Assembly (NCBI GenBank): GCA_016791005.1
Contig: JAEUNY010000179.1
Location: 253-64,252, forward strand
Reading direction: 5' to 3'
DNA: 64,000 nucleotides
Source of the DNA: Zoogloeaceae bacterium
GTDB lineage: Bacteria; Pseudomonadota; Gammaproteobacteria; Burkholderiales; Rhodocyclaceae
In this document: piece after piece, positions 12,422 through 22,283 of the stretch
Layout of the letters: every line of letters starts with the position of its first letter
Position numbering within the stretch: position 1 is the stretch's first letter
Made by a program: the position numbers and the translations under genes
Notes under the pieces: model-generated
The model's database searches: none
What the model was told of the DNA's origin: nothing
The model's input: the letters and a program-made list of their open reading frames with translations, nothing else

Positions 12422-12718
12422 TCAGGATTTCCAGTAGCCACGATCATGGGTGGCGTCTGACCAAAGTGCAGATCCCGCAGCTTCCTCGAACTCCGGAAAA
12501 TCCTGGTCGTGTTCCATGACGAGTCGGAAAATCGTCAGGGCATGGTCGGCGGGGAAGCCTTTCCGCTCGCCGTTTCGGGTATCGTTCATCAAGGTCATCA
12601 GGCGGCGTCGGCAAGACGCTGATCCCCATTCATCCACGATTACCTGCAAATGGGGAAATCGAGCCACGAGTGATGCGGTGTCCACCTTAGGAAAATGGGA
12701 TTTTTTGTCTTCGCTCAT
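12422..12718 (-). CDS. Hypothetical small cytoplasmic protein (98 aa)
   Basis: MSEDKKSHFPKVD... is preceded by AAGGAG 7 nt upstream of the ATG. I recognise no family. The ORF-track N-extension to 12889 is rejected. Confidence 0.55.
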   Translation of the reverse strand: MSEDKKSHFPKVDTASLVARFPHLQVIVDEWGSASCRRRLMTLMNDTRNGERKGFPADHALTIFRLVMEHDQDFPEFEEAAGSALWSDATHDRGYWKS

Positions 12719-13001
12719 GGGCAATCTCCTTCGTGTTCCATCGTCTTCCAGCCAGCCTGCTTTAGGGCCCCTCTTTTTTGGTAGGGCCCGGAATCCCTGG
12801 CATGGCTGTCGCAGCGGGAATCGTGTTAATCGACACTTTAGTTTGGGGTAAGTATGGCCGGTTTCGGTATCCGGCGCGCGAGGAATCATTCACGTCCGCG
12901 TAACAGGGTCTGCCATTGGGAATAGGCTCCGACTTCGGTGGTGCGATAATGGGGGCGGCTTATTACCCGCATTTCATTCTATTTATCAAAGCGAGTATTC
13001 A

Positions 13002-15479
13002 TTGGAAAGTTCAGAGGGCGCTTTATCTCTCGGCGAGTGTTACCACTGCGGACTCCCAGTGCCTCGGGGCACCGAGTATGTCGCAGTCGTGGATGGGATC
13101 TCGCGAAGGATGTGCTGTGCGGGGTGCGTGGCGGTGTCGGAAGCCATTGTGGCGAGTGGCCTCTCCGACTATTACCGGCATCGGGATGCTCTTCCGGAGT
13201 CAAAGCGGGAGGCGATGCCTGCCGAACTGCAGGAGGTGGGCTTATTCGACCACCCGGATTTTCAAAAGAGTTTCGTCCGGCCGCTCGAGGGGGGGGAGCG
13301 GGAGGCGAGCCTGATTCTGGAGGGGATCACCTGCGCGGCCTGCGTTTGGCTTAACGAGCAGCATGTTGGGCGTCTGCCCGGCGTCCGAACCATCGAGGTG
13401 AATTATGCGACGCGCCGGGCCCGTATCCGGTGGGATGAAGGGGTCGTGCGGCTTTCCGAGATCCTGGCGGCCATCCAGGCGATAGGTTATCGGGCCTATC
13501 CCTACGATGCGGCGCGATCCGAGCAGATTGGCCAGAAGGAGAGGCGCTCCGCCCTGTGGCGCCTATTTGTCGCTGGCTTCGGCATGATGCAGGTGATGAT
13601 GTACGCATTACCCGGCTACTTGGCGGGGGAAGGGGAAATGACCGCCGACATTGCGAGCCTGATGCGTTGGGCGAGCTTGGTCCTGACCGTGCCGGTGGTG
13701 ACTTACTCGGCGGCACCCTTTTTTCAGCGCGCATGGCGTGACGTGAAGTTGCGGCGGTTGGGGATGGATGTCCCGGTGGCACTCGGCGTCGGTGTGGCAT
13801 TTCTTGCAAGTTGCTGGGCAACTTTGACCGGAGAGGGGGAAGTCTATTTCGACTCGGTTGCGATGTTTGTTTTCTTCCTGCTTTGCGGGCGATACCTAGA
13901 GATGCTTGCGAGGCAGCGGGCGGTACGCGGTGTCGAGGAACTCAGTAAGGTCATTCCAGCGGTGTCCGAGCGGTATCTCGACTGGCCGAATGGGGATTGC
14001 GAGCGGGTGCCGGTGGTCAATCTGTCGCCGGGTGACGTCATCCGGGTTCGCCCGGGAGAGGTGATCCCTGCGGACGGTGAAGTCGTTGAGGGGGAAAGCG
14101 AGGTCAACGAGTCGTTGCTCACCGGGGAGAGCCGCCCTGTTGGAAAACGATGCGGGGGAGAGGTCACGGGCGGCACCATCAATATCACCAGTCCGCTGGC
14201 GATCCGCCTCGAGCATGTGGGGGATTCGACACGCTTGGCGGCCATCCAGCACCTCATGGAGCGGGCCGCCACCGAACGCCCCCGGGTCGTGGAAGCTGCA
14301 GATCGCGTCGCATCCTGGTTCATTTTGGCACTGCTCGTCTTGTCGGCGGTTACCGGGGCTTATTGGCTTGCTTTCGATCCTTCCAAAGCCCTGTGGGTAT
14401 GCGTGTCGGTGTTGGTCGTGAGCTGTCCCTGCGCTTTGTCGTTGGCGACCCCCGCTGCGCTGACGGTGGCTACCGATGCCCTGGCCCGGATGGGTGTCCT
14501 GATCACCCGAGGGCACGCAATTGAGGCACTGGCCGGGGCCCAGAGGGTGGTGTTCGACAAGACCGGTACCCTAACCCTGGGGTTGATGACGCTCACTGAT
14601 CAGCGCACGGCCGCTGGAGTTGATTCCAGTTGGGCACTGCAGTTGGCGCGAAGTCTCGAGGCCGGCTCTGAACATGCCATTGCGACGGGTCTGGGAGCTG
14701 CGGAGTCCGCGGTCGATGGTCCCGGAATCCGGGTGCTCGATCGACGAGCCGTGACAGGGCAGGGGGTGGAAGGCTTCTGGAACGGCGAACGCGTGCGAAT
14801 CGGTCATGCGAATTTCGTTTGGGAGCTGGTCAATGTGCCGATGCCAGATGAACTGAAGAACGACGCAGATGGTGCGGCAACGGTCGTCTTCCTTGGAATG
14901 GGGGCACGGTGGTTGGCGGCATTCCAGCTCACCGACACGATGCGCCCGGGCGCGACGCAACTGGTTCAGTATCTTCAATCGCGCGATATAGCGGTCTCGA
15001 TTTTCAGTGGCGACGGTCGTGCGGCAGTTGCGGCCGTGGCCGAGCAACTGGCGGTCAAGGACTATGCCGCTGGTCTGTCGCCCCAGGGTAAGCACGACGC
15101 GGTCATGGCCATGCAGGAGGGTGGGCGCTGCGTGGTGGCGATGGTGGGGGACGGGGTGAACGATGCGCCGGTCCTGGCAAAGGCCCAAGTGTCGGTCGCG
15201 ATGGGGGCGGGTACGGCCCTAGCCCGCAATCAGGCGGACGTCGTGTTGTTGAACGAGGATCTTGGCGCCTTGAAACGGGGGATAGCGATGGCGGTACGCA
15301 CTGTTGCGGTGACCCGACAAAACTTGTGGTGGGCTTTCGCCTACAATTTCACCGCAATTCCTTTGGCTATGGCGGGCTGGGTGACGCCATGGATGGCTGG
15401 CATCGGAATGTCGGCGAGTTCCTTGTTGGTGGTTTTGAATGCGCTCCGGCTTCGGTCGCGGAAAACGGACTTGGCCTGA
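13002..15479 (+). CDS. ccoI: cbb3-oxidase maturation Cu-transporting P1B ATPase (CcoI/FixI)
   Basis: N-terminal CYHCGLPVP motif, one HMA domain (GITCAACVWLNEQ), SCPC, FDKTGTLT and GDGVNDAP. It is followed directly by ccoS. The start is TTG according to the ORF track. Confidence 0.93.
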   Translation: MESSEGALSLGECYHCGLPVPRGTEYVAVVDGISRRMCCAGCVAVSEAIVASGLSDYYRHRDALPESKREAMPAELQEVGLFDHPDFQKSFVRPLEGGEREASLILEGITCAACVWLNEQHVGRLPGVRTIEVNYATRRARIRWDEGVVRLSEILAAIQAIGYRAYPYDAARSEQIGQKERRSALWRLFVAGFGMMQVMMYALPGYLAGEGEMTADIASLMRWASLVLTVPVVTYSAAPFFQRAWRDVKLRRLGMDVPVALGVGVAFLASCWATLTGEGEVYFDSVAMFVFFLLCGRYLEMLARQRAVRGVEELSKVIPAVSERYLDWPNGDCERVPVVNLSPGDVIRVRPGEVIPADGEVVEGESEVNESLLTGESRPVGKRCGGEVTGGTINITSPLAIRLEHVGDSTRLAAIQHLMERAATERPRVVEAADRVASWFILALLVLSAVTGAYWLAFDPSKALWVCVSVLVVSCPCALSLATPAALTVATDALARMGVLITRGHAIEALAGAQRVVFDKTGTLTLGLMTLTDQRTAAGVDSSWALQLARSLEAGSEHAIATGLGAAESAVDGPGIRVLDRRAVTGQGVEGFWNGERVRIGHANFVWELVNVPMPDELKNDADGAATVVFLGMGARWLAAFQLTDTMRPGATQLVQYLQSRDIAVSIFSGDGRAAVAAVAEQLAVKDYAAGLSPQGKHDAVMAMQEGGRCVVAMVGDGVNDAPVLAKAQVSVAMGAGTALARNQADVVLLNEDLGALKRGIAMAVRTVAVTRQNLWWAFAYNFTAIPLAMAGWVTPWMAGIGMSASSLLVVLNALRLRSRKTDLA

Positions 15480-15731
15480 ATGGAAATTCTGTATTTGCTG
15501 ATTCCCCTATCGGTTGTCCTGGTATTTCTAATCGGGGTCATTTTTTGGTGGTCATTGCGCAGCGGACAGTTCGACGATCTGGAGGGGCCCGCATACCGTC
15601 TTCTCATGGACGACGACAAACCGCACCGTGAGGGGGCGCCGGTGCGGACCGAAAAGCACGACACAGGGAGGCTTGACGATGATGCAGGTAGGCACGATTC
15701 GGCGCCGAATCCCACCCGGCGCGACAGTTGA
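15480..15731 (+). CDS. ccoS: cbb3-type cytochrome oxidase assembly protein CcoS/FixS
   Basis: MEILYLLIPLSVVLVFLIGVIFWWSLRSGQFDDLEGPAYRLLMDDD is the canonical CcoS sequence. Its ATG abuts the ccoI stop (TGAATG). Confidence 0.9.
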   Translation: MEILYLLIPLSVVLVFLIGVIFWWSLRSGQFDDLEGPAYRLLMDDDKPHREGAPVRTEKHDTGRLDDDAGRHDSAPNPTRRDS

Positions 15732-15935
15732 CCTACGTCAATGGCGCGGCCCGGAAAGTTTGACACTATCCTTCCCGAATCAGTGGTTTGCGGCACGAGC
15801 GCAGTCGCTCGTGGGGCAAGCTGCGGGATTTTTGTCTCTCTGTTGGGGTTGGGGGTGCGCCGCAAGCCGCACCCTTTTTTTTGGCCCGGATCCGCCGCCA
15901 GGCTTGCTTTTGCGCCTGTGCACCGCAATACAATA

Positions 15936-15949
15936 TTGATCTGCATCAA
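15936..15949 (+). promoter_or_regulatory. FNR/Anr box upstream of ccoN
   Basis: Perfect TTGAT-CTGC-ATCAA palindrome, 103 bp (box end to ATG) upstream of the ccoN ATG. This fits a class II FNR promoter, with the centre near -41.5 and a 5' UTR of roughly 70 nt. Confidence 0.8.
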
Positions 15950-16051
15950 CCGGTCAGGCCGATTGCAGCGTATGCTTCGCCGGGCGATTCCGGCGCCTTG
16001 CGCTGTGAGTCGGGGAGGCTCCAAAAGTTCTTAATCAAAGAGGTGACTCAC

Positions 16052-17476
16052 ATGCAATCGCAAGCGACTTACAACTATAAAGTCGTGCGCCAGTTCGCCA
16101 TCATGACGGTGGTGTGGGGGATTGTGGGCATGCTCGTCGGTGTCATCGCCGCCGCGCAGCTCGTCTGGCCCGAACTGAACGTTGCCGAATGGCTGCACTT
16201 TGGCAGGCTGCGTCCGTTGCACACCAACGCAGTGATCTTCGCGTTCGGGGGGTGTGCGCTTTTCGCTACGTCGTACTATGTCGTTCAGCGGACCAATCAC
16301 ACGACGCTCTTTGCGCCGTGGCTGGCATCCTTCACCTTCTGGGGTTGGCAGCTGATCATCGTGCTGGCGGCCATTACGTTGCCCCTCGGCTTTACTTCAG
16401 GGAAGGAGTATGCCGAGCTCGAATGGCCGATCGATATCTTGATCGCCGTCGTCTGGGTCGCTTACGCGGTCGTGTTCTTTGGCACCATTGGCAAACGCAA
16501 GACGTCACATATCTACGTTGCGAACTGGTTCTACGGTGCTTTCATCATCACGGTGGCGCTGCTCCATATCGTGAATAGTGCCGAAATCCCGGTGACGCTC
16601 ACGAAGTCCTACTCGGCCTACGCAGGCGTCCAGGATGCAATGGTGCAGTGGTGGTACGGGCACAACGCGGTAGGCTTCTTCCTGACGGCGGGCTTCCTCG
16701 GCATGATGTATTACTTCGTGCCGAAGCAGGCTGAGCGCCCGGTCTATTCCTATCGCTTGTCGGTGGTGCACTTTTGGGCCCTGATCTTCACCTACATGTG
16801 GGCGGGTCCGCACCACCTTCACTACACCGCGCTGCCGGATTGGACGCAGTCGGTCGGGATGATGTTTTCCCTGATCCTCATGGCTCCGTCCTGGGGTGGG
16901 ATGATCAACGGCGTCATGACCCTCTCCGGCGCCTGGCATAAGCTGCGCACCGATCCGATCCTCAAATTCCTGATCACCTCCTTGTCGTTCTACGGGATGT
17001 CGACCTTCGAAGGCCCGATGATGTCGGTGAAGACGGTGAATGCGCTGTCCCATTACACCGACTGGACGGTGGGCCATGTGCATTCCGGTGCGCTGGGTTG
17101 GGTGGCCATGGTGTCGATTGGCTCGATCTACTACCTCATCCCGCGGATGTACGGTAAGACCGAGATGTATTCCACCAAGCTCATCACGACCCACTTCTGG
17201 ATTGCCACCATCGGCGTGGTGCTCTACATCGCCTCAATGTGGATTTCCGGGGTCATGCAGGGCCTGATGTGGCGGGCGACCAACCCGGATGGCACCCTGA
17301 CGTATTCCTTCGTGGAATCCGTGAAGGCGAGCTATCCGTTCTGGACCATCCGGTTCATTGGCGGGGTGTTGTTCCTGAGTGGAATGCTGCTCATGTTCTA
17401 CAACGTGCTGAAGACGATTGCCGGCGAAAAGGCGTACAACGCCCCGGTACTCGCTCCCCAAGCCGCCCACGCCTAA
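16052..17476 (+). CDS. ccoN: cbb3-type cytochrome c oxidase subunit I
   Basis: [17 protein letters not shown]... in a polytopic protein with conserved His ligands. AAGAGG lies upstream of the ATG at 16052. The 88-aa ORF-track extension is rejected. Confidence 0.96.
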   Translation: MQSQATYNYKVVRQFAIMTVVWGIVGMLVGVIAAAQLVWPELNVAEWLHFGRLRPLHTNAVIFAFGGCALFATSYYVVQRTNHTTLFAPWLASFTFWGWQLIIVLAAITLPLGFTSGKEYAELEWPIDILIAVVWVAYAVVFFGTIGKRKTSHIYVANWFYGAFIITVALLHIVNSAEIPVTLTKSYSAYAGVQDAMVQWWYGHNAVGFFLTAGFLGMMYYFVPKQAERPVYSYRLSVVHFWALIFTYMWAGPHHLHYTALPDWTQSVGMMFSLILMAPSWGGMINGVMTLSGAWHKLRTDPILKFLITSLSFYGMSTFEGPMMSVKTVNALSHYTDWTVGHVHSGALGWVAMVSIGSIYYLIPRMYGKTEMYSTKLITTHFWIATIGVVLYIASMWISGVMQGLMWRATNPDGTLTYSFVESVKASYPFWTIRFIGGVLFLSGMLLMFYNVLKTIAGEKAYNAPVLAPQAAHA

Positions 17477-17494
17477 CCGAGGAGATCCAGAATC

Positions 17495-18109
17495 ATGGCA
17501 GGCTCTAAGCATGAAAAGATCGAAACCAGCGTCGGCTTGATGATCATTCTGACGCTCCTGGTCGTCAGCGTCGGCGGTCTGGTGGAGATCGTGCCCCTCT
17601 TCTTCCAGAAATCCACCACAACGCCGATTCCCGGTGTCAAACCCTACGAACCGCTGCGGTTGGTGGGTCGGGATGTTTACGTCCGGGAGGGGTGCTACAA
17701 CTGCCACTCCCAGATGATCCGGCCTTTCCGTGCGGAGACCGAGCGGTATGGTCATTACTCGGTGGCGGGGGAGTACGTGTATGACCATCCGTTTCAGTGG
17801 GGTTCAAAACGTACGGGTCCGGATCTGGCTCGGGTAGGCGGGCGTTATTCTGACCAATGGCACCGCATTCACCTGAACAATCCGCGGGATGTGGTTCCCG
17901 AGTCCAATATGCCCGCATTTCCTTGGCTGGAGCGCCCAGTGGTTTCCTCTGATATTGAGCTGAAGATGCAGGCCCTTCGTAAGGTGGGCGTCCCCTACAG
18001 CGATGAGGAAATTGCGGGCGCCAAGAAGGACCTCGAGGGCAAGACGGAGATGGAGGCAGTCATTGCCTATCTCCAGGGCCTCGGTATCGCCTTGCAGAAT
18101 GTCAAGTAA
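17495..18109 (+). CDS. ccoO: cbb3-type cytochrome c oxidase subunit II (monoheme)
   Basis: N-terminal TM segment, [12 protein letters not shown] heme motif, and position after ccoN. Confidence 0.95.
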   Translation: MAGSKHEKIETSVGLMIILTLLVVSVGGLVEIVPLFFQKSTTTPIPGVKPYEPLRLVGRDVYVREGCYNCHSQMIRPFRAETERYGHYSVAGEYVYDHPFQWGSKRTGPDLARVGGRYSDQWHRIHLNNPRDVVPESNMPAFPWLERPVVSSDIELKMQALRKVGVPYSDEEIAGAKKDLEGKTEMEAVIAYLQGLGIALQNVK

Positions 18110-18126
18110 CAGGCAGGAGTCGCGCC

Positions 18127-18318
18127 GTGGATATCAATGATGTTCGATCGATCCTCACGCTGATGGGCTTCCTTTGTTTCCTGGGCATTTGTGCCTGGGC
18201 CTATAGCGGCCACGCCAAGCGGGGCTTCGAGGAAGCGGCGCGTTTGCCCTTTACCGAAGATGACGTGCCCGCCGACCGTGTCGCCGGGCAATCAAAAGAA
18301 GGAAAAGCAAATGGCTGA
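18127..18318 (+). CDS. ccoQ: cbb3-type cytochrome oxidase subunit CcoQ
   Basis: 63 aa with a single TM segment (ILTLMGFLCFLGICAWAY), located between ccoO and ccoP. GTG start. Confidence 0.85.
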   Translation: MDINDVRSILTLMGFLCFLGICAWAYSGHAKRGFEEAARLPFTEDDVPADRVAGQSKEGKANG

Positions 18319-19234
18319 CTTTACCAGCGGCTTCTGGAACGCCTACGTGATGGTCCTGGTGGCCCTCAGTTTGGCGTACTGCATCTTTGTCTTGGTTTCC
18401 AACAATAAGGTCGATCGCTCCCACGAACTCAACCAGCTGCATGGCCACGTTTGGGACGAAAACCTGTGTGAGTACAACAACCCGCTGCCGCGGTGGTGGA
18501 TGTACCTGTTCTGGATTACCGTCATCTTTGGCATCGTCTATCTCATCCTCTATCCGGGTTTCGGGAATAACAAGGGGATATACGGCTGGAGCTCCGCTGT
18601 GGGTGAAAACTCGCAGTACCAGCAGGAGATGCGTAAGGCAAACGAAAAGTACGCGCCGATCTTCGACAAGTACGCCAAGATGGATCTCAAGGCGGTTTCG
18701 GCCGACGCCGAAGCCAAAGCCATGGGACAGCGGCTGTTTTTGACCTACTGTGCCCAGTGCCATGGTGGTGACGCCCGCGGTGCCAAAGGCTTCCCCAACC
18801 TGACGGACAACGACTGGCTCTATGGTGGAGCGCCGGACACCATCAAGACGACGATCCTGGGTGGCCGTCAGGGCATGATGCCGCCGTTCGGGCCCGCTCT
18901 GGGTGGGGATGGCGTCAAGGATGTGGCCAACTATGTCCGATCGCTCTCAGGTCTGGCCCACGATTCCTTGCGTGCTCAGCGGGGCAAAGACTTGTTCGCC
19001 CAGAACTGCGCGGCGTGCCATGGCCCCGAAGGCACAGGGAATCAAGGTATCGGTGCTCCGAACCTCACCGACAAGACATGGCTGTATGGTTCTGCGGAGG
19101 CCACAATCATCGAGACCGTGACGAAGGGACGTACGAACCGGATGCCTTCTTTTGAAAGCTTCCTCGGCGACGCCAAGGTTCACCTGCTGGCGGCCTACGT
19201 GTATGGGCTGTCCGCCAAGACGGCTGAAAAGTAA
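18311..19234 (+). CDS. ccoP: cbb3-type cytochrome c oxidase subunit III (diheme)
   Basis: MADFTSGFWNAYVMVLV TM segment and two heme motifs, CAQCHG and CAACHG. It overlaps ccoQ by 8 nt. The ORF-track extension from 18191 is rejected. Confidence 0.95.
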   Translation: MADFTSGFWNAYVMVLVALSLAYCIFVLVSNNKVDRSHELNQLHGHVWDENLCEYNNPLPRWWMYLFWITVIFGIVYLILYPGFGNNKGIYGWSSAVGENSQYQQEMRKANEKYAPIFDKYAKMDLKAVSADAEAKAMGQRLFLTYCAQCHGGDARGAKGFPNLTDNDWLYGGAPDTIKTTILGGRQGMMPPFGPALGGDGVKDVANYVRSLSGLAHDSLRAQRGKDLFAQNCAACHGPEGTGNQGIGAPNLTDKTWLYGSAEATIIETVTKGRTNRMPSFESFLGDAKVHLLAAYVYGLSAKTAEK

Positions 19235-19251
19235 TTGATCGGTTGATGGGT

Positions 19252-19288
19252 GATATCCCCGGGGCTTGCCCCGGGGATATTTCTTTAC
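19252..19288 (+). terminator. Rho-independent terminator after ccoP
   Basis: Perfect hairpin GATATCCCCGGGG-CTTG-CCCCGGGGATAT followed by TTCTTT. Confidence 0.7.
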
Positions 19289-19318
19289 TGCAAATTAGAA
19301 TCTCCGAATATTGCGAAC

Positions 19319-20764
19319 ATGAGCCAAGGTTCAGGAAATCCTAATCCCAAGGTAATCCCCGTGACCCCCGTTGAATCGGGGGGTGACGATTCACTTTATG
19401 CCGTGCGTCAGAAGGTGTATGTACGGTCGGTGACCGGGTGGTTCGCGACTTGGCGTTGGACTTTGGTCTGGGCCACGCAAATCCTGTTTTATGGTTTGCC
19501 CTGGCTCCAATGGAACGGCCGGCAGGCTGTCCTGCTGCACTTGGTGGAACGTAAGTTTTATATTTTCGGGTGGGTGTTTTGGCCGCAGGACGTCTTTTTC
19601 CTCGCAGTTCTGCTAATCATTTCCGCCTATGCCCTGTTTTTCTTTACCGCGATCGCCGGCCGACTCTGGTGTGGCTATGCCTGCCCGCAAACCGTATACA
19701 CCGAGATTTTTCAATGGATCGAGCAGAAGATCGAAGGTGACCGTAACAAGCGGATAAAGCTCGACAAGAGTCCATTTGGCGCGCAAAAGCTCGGTATCAA
19801 AGGGGCGAAGTACGGAGCGTGGATCGCCCTGTCTGTATGGACCGGTTTCACCTTCGTCAGCTATTTTTCACCCCTCAAAGAGCTGATTCATGAGGCAGTG
19901 ACCTTCAGTTTTGGCTCTTGGGAGCTGTTTTGGATTCTGTTTTACGGCGGCTTTACCTACCTGATGGCTGGGGTGATGCGGGAGCAAGTCTGCAAATACA
20001 TGTGCCCCTATGCCCGTTTTCAGGGGGTCATGTTCGATCCGGACACCCTGGTCATCACCTACGACGTCGAGCGCGGCGAGCCTCGAGGGACCCGCAAGAA
20101 GGGGGTCGATCCCCGAGTGGTGGGGAAGGGTGATTGCGTCGATTGCGGGATCTGCGTCCAGGTGTGCCCCACGGGTATCGATATACGGAACGGCCTGCAA
20201 TACGAGTGCATCGGCTGTGCGGCCTGTATCGACGCTTGCGACCAGGTCATGGAAAAGATGAGCTACCCCAAAGGGCTCATCCGCTATTCAACCGAAAACG
20301 CCATCAAAAAACACTGGGGCCGGAAGGAGATCTTCGGGCATGTACTGCGCCCGCGCACCCTCATTTATGGTGGGATCCTTGCAGCGATCTGTGTGGCCTT
20401 CCTTTGGGGACTGGCGACGCGTGCGCCTCTGCGAGTCGATATCCTGAGGGATCGGGCGACCCTCGCAAGGGAGGTCGATGGGGGCTGGATCGAGAACGTC
20501 TACCGGTTGCAGATCATGAATATGACCGAGGCGGAGCGTGCGTTCGAAATCACCGTTTCCGGCTTGGAGAACATCCGTCTAGAAGGCGGTAGCAAAGAAT
20601 TCCGCATTCCGGCCGCCGCGATCGAATCCGTAGCGATCCAGGTGCAAATACCGCCAGATGCCGCGAGGCCGGGATCGTCGAACCCGATCTATCTGGAGGT
20701 CAAGGCCGTGGACGATCCATCGGTCTTCGTCCGTGAAAAATCCACTTTCCTGATGCCGAACTGA
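19319..20764 (+). CDS. ccoG: cbb3 oxidase accessory protein CcoG/FixG (polyferredoxin-like)
   Basis: Contains CGYACPQ, CKYMCPYARFQ, CVDCGICVQVCP and CIGCAACIDAC clusters plus TM segments. Confidence 0.93.
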   Translation: MSQGSGNPNPKVIPVTPVESGGDDSLYAVRQKVYVRSVTGWFATWRWTLVWATQILFYGLPWLQWNGRQAVLLHLVERKFYIFGWVFWPQDVFFLAVLLIISAYALFFFTAIAGRLWCGYACPQTVYTEIFQWIEQKIEGDRNKRIKLDKSPFGAQKLGIKGAKYGAWIALSVWTGFTFVSYFSPLKELIHEAVTFSFGSWELFWILFYGGFTYLMAGVMREQVCKYMCPYARFQGVMFDPDTLVITYDVERGEPRGTRKKGVDPRVVGKGDCVDCGICVQVCPTGIDIRNGLQYECIGCAACIDACDQVMEKMSYPKGLIRYSTENAIKKHWGRKEIFGHVLRPRTLIYGGILAAICVAFLWGLATRAPLRVDILRDRATLAREVDGGWIENVYRLQIMNMTEAERAFEITVSGLENIRLEGGSKEFRIPAAAIESVAIQVQIPPDAARPGSSNPIYLEVKAVDDPSVFVREKSTFLMPN

Positions 20765-20765
20765 T

Positions 20766-21284
20766 ATGTCTCCTGTTGCTCAGCACCAAAAGACCGTGCC
20801 CTGGTACCGCCAGGGCTGGCCCTGGTTTCTCATTACCTTTCCCGCGGTCGCGGTTGTCGCTGGGATGATTACCCTATGGCTTGCCGTGTCGACCAGCGAC
20901 GGGTTGGTGGTGGATGACTACTACAAGCAGGGGCTGGCGATCCAGAAAACCATGGAACGATCTAAGCATGCCTTCGATCTGGGTCTGGAGGCCCAGGTCC
21001 GCGTGCATGCCGGCGGCGTTGAGGTTTTTTTGACCGGGAAGGGCGCCACCCCGGACAAAATCCGCGTGATCTTTGCCCATCCCACCCGGGTCGGATTGGA
21101 CCAGGTGATCGAATTGGAGGGTAGCGGCGGCCGGTTTGCCGGCAAGGTGGCAGATTTGATTGCCGGACGCTGGGACATCCAGATCGAAGACCTGGCCAAT
21201 GAATGGCGCCTGAACGGGAATCTGAATCTGCCTTCGGAAACCGAGGTGAGGTTGGCCGGCCGGGGACATCAGCCTGTCGAGTGA
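20766..21284 (+). CDS. ccoH: FixH/CcoH family protein
   Basis: VPWYRQGWPWFLITFPAVAVVAGMITLWLAV...DDYYKQGLAI is typical of FixH. It is adjacent to ccoG. Confidence 0.88.
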   Translation: MSPVAQHQKTVPWYRQGWPWFLITFPAVAVVAGMITLWLAVSTSDGLVVDDYYKQGLAIQKTMERSKHAFDLGLEAQVRVHAGGVEVFLTGKGATPDKIRVIFAHPTRVGLDQVIELEGSGGRFAGKVADLIAGRWDIQIEDLANEWRLNGNLNLPSETEVRLAGRGHQPVE

Positions 21285-21360
21285 GTTGTTCGGGGCCCGG
21301 TAGTGGAGTAACGGACGGCAGGGATGCAAATTCCCAATTATTGAAAGTTGTGGAGGCGAG

Positions 21361-21600
21361 ATGTTGAAATTGATTCAGGTGCTATGGCCGTCTTTTCTGG
21401 TGGCCGGACTCGCGGAAATCTTATTCTTTACCGTGATCAATCCGCAGGAGCTTTACCTCCTTGGTACCCCGGTCAGGTTTTCGCCTCTCGCAACCTATTC
21501 GATCGGCTTCTTCGGATTCTGGCTGGTCTGTGCGGCCTCTAGCCTAATGACCTTGTTCTTCCAACGGACGGCGGACGAAATCAACCATCCGGAAGGCTAA
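21361..21600 (+). CDS. Hypothetical small membrane protein (79 aa, 2 predicted TM)
   Basis: GGAGG lies 4 nt upstream of the ATG. There are two hydrophobic segments. I recognise no family. Confidence 0.55.
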   Translation: MLKLIQVLWPSFLVAGLAEILFFTVINPQELYLLGTPVRFSPLATYSIGFFGFWLVCAASSLMTLFFQRTADEINHPEG

Positions 21601-21677
21601 GCTTCCGAATTCGCGCTATCACTCAGCCCTTAATCCCCATCTCACAAGGGCCGCCCTCGCCGGTTATTGAAGCGACC

Positions 21678-22127
21678 TCAGCGATAGATCAGCACCGGAA
21701 TGGTGCTATGGGTCAGGACCTTCTGGGTTTCGCTGCCCAGCAGTAGACTCGCTAAGCCACGTCGACCGTGGGACGCCATAAAAATCAAGTCGCAGCCGTG
21801 TCGGCTGGCGGCATTGATGATCGCTTCATAGGGTACTTCATTGACCTCGGTGTCCGTGACGGCCGCCACCTCAGCAAGATCCGCGTGGGCCTTGGCCTTG
21901 GACAGAATTGCCGCAGCCTCTTGCGCACTGGCTTTAGCAAACTGCTCCGGCGTCGTCGGGTCGATGAGCGCGCCTTCCCCGTAGATGGGCATTGGAAAAT
22001 CAGGCTGGGCATAGAAAAAGGTGATCCTTGCGCCAGCTTCTTTGGCAAAAGATACAGCCCGCCGAACGGTGCTTTCGGAAAGGTCTGAACCATCGGTGGG
22101 AACCAGCAGATGCTTGAACATTTCCAT
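21678..22127 (-). CDS. Universal stress protein (UspA family)
   Basis: MFKHLLVPTDGSDLSE...LIFMASHGRRGLASLLLGSETQKVLTHSTIPVLIY, including the ATP-binding type G-2x-G-9x-G(S/T) motif. Confidence 0.9.
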   Translation of the reverse strand: MEMFKHLLVPTDGSDLSESTVRRAVSFAKEAGARITFFYAQPDFPMPIYGEGALIDPTTPEQFAKASAQEAAAILSKAKAHADLAEVAAVTDTEVNEVPYEAIINAASRHGCDLIFMASHGRRGLASLLLGSETQKVLTHSTIPVLIYR

Positions 22128-22182
22128 TTCCCTTCCTCAATGCAGGCAAATCATTATATGCGCCGACCAGCGTGACCACGGT

Positions 22183-22196
22183 TTGATGGGCGTCAA
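22183..22196. promoter_or_regulatory. FNR/Anr box shared by divergent uspA and phaC
   Basis: TTGAT-GGGC-GTCAA, one mismatch from consensus. The centre is about 62 bp from the uspA ATG and about 95 bp from the phaC ATG at 22284. Confidence 0.65.
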
Positions 22197-22283
22197 CGCC
22201 CATGCTTTCCCAGCGGGCAAGACTAGCATCTAGATGCGGTGCAGCAATTTTTGGGGGCGTTGCGAAGGACGAGGATTGTCATC

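Noticed and set aside
12960-13001. Possible FNR site upstream of ccoI (…TTTATCAAA…)
   Set aside because: Only the right half-site (ATCAA) is present. The left half reads ATTCT, so it was not called.
19235-19260. TTGATCGGTTGATGGGTGATAT upstream of ccoG as an FNR box
   Set aside because: It contains TTGAT half-sites but no ATCAA partner at N4 spacing. The region is better explained as the ccoP terminator.
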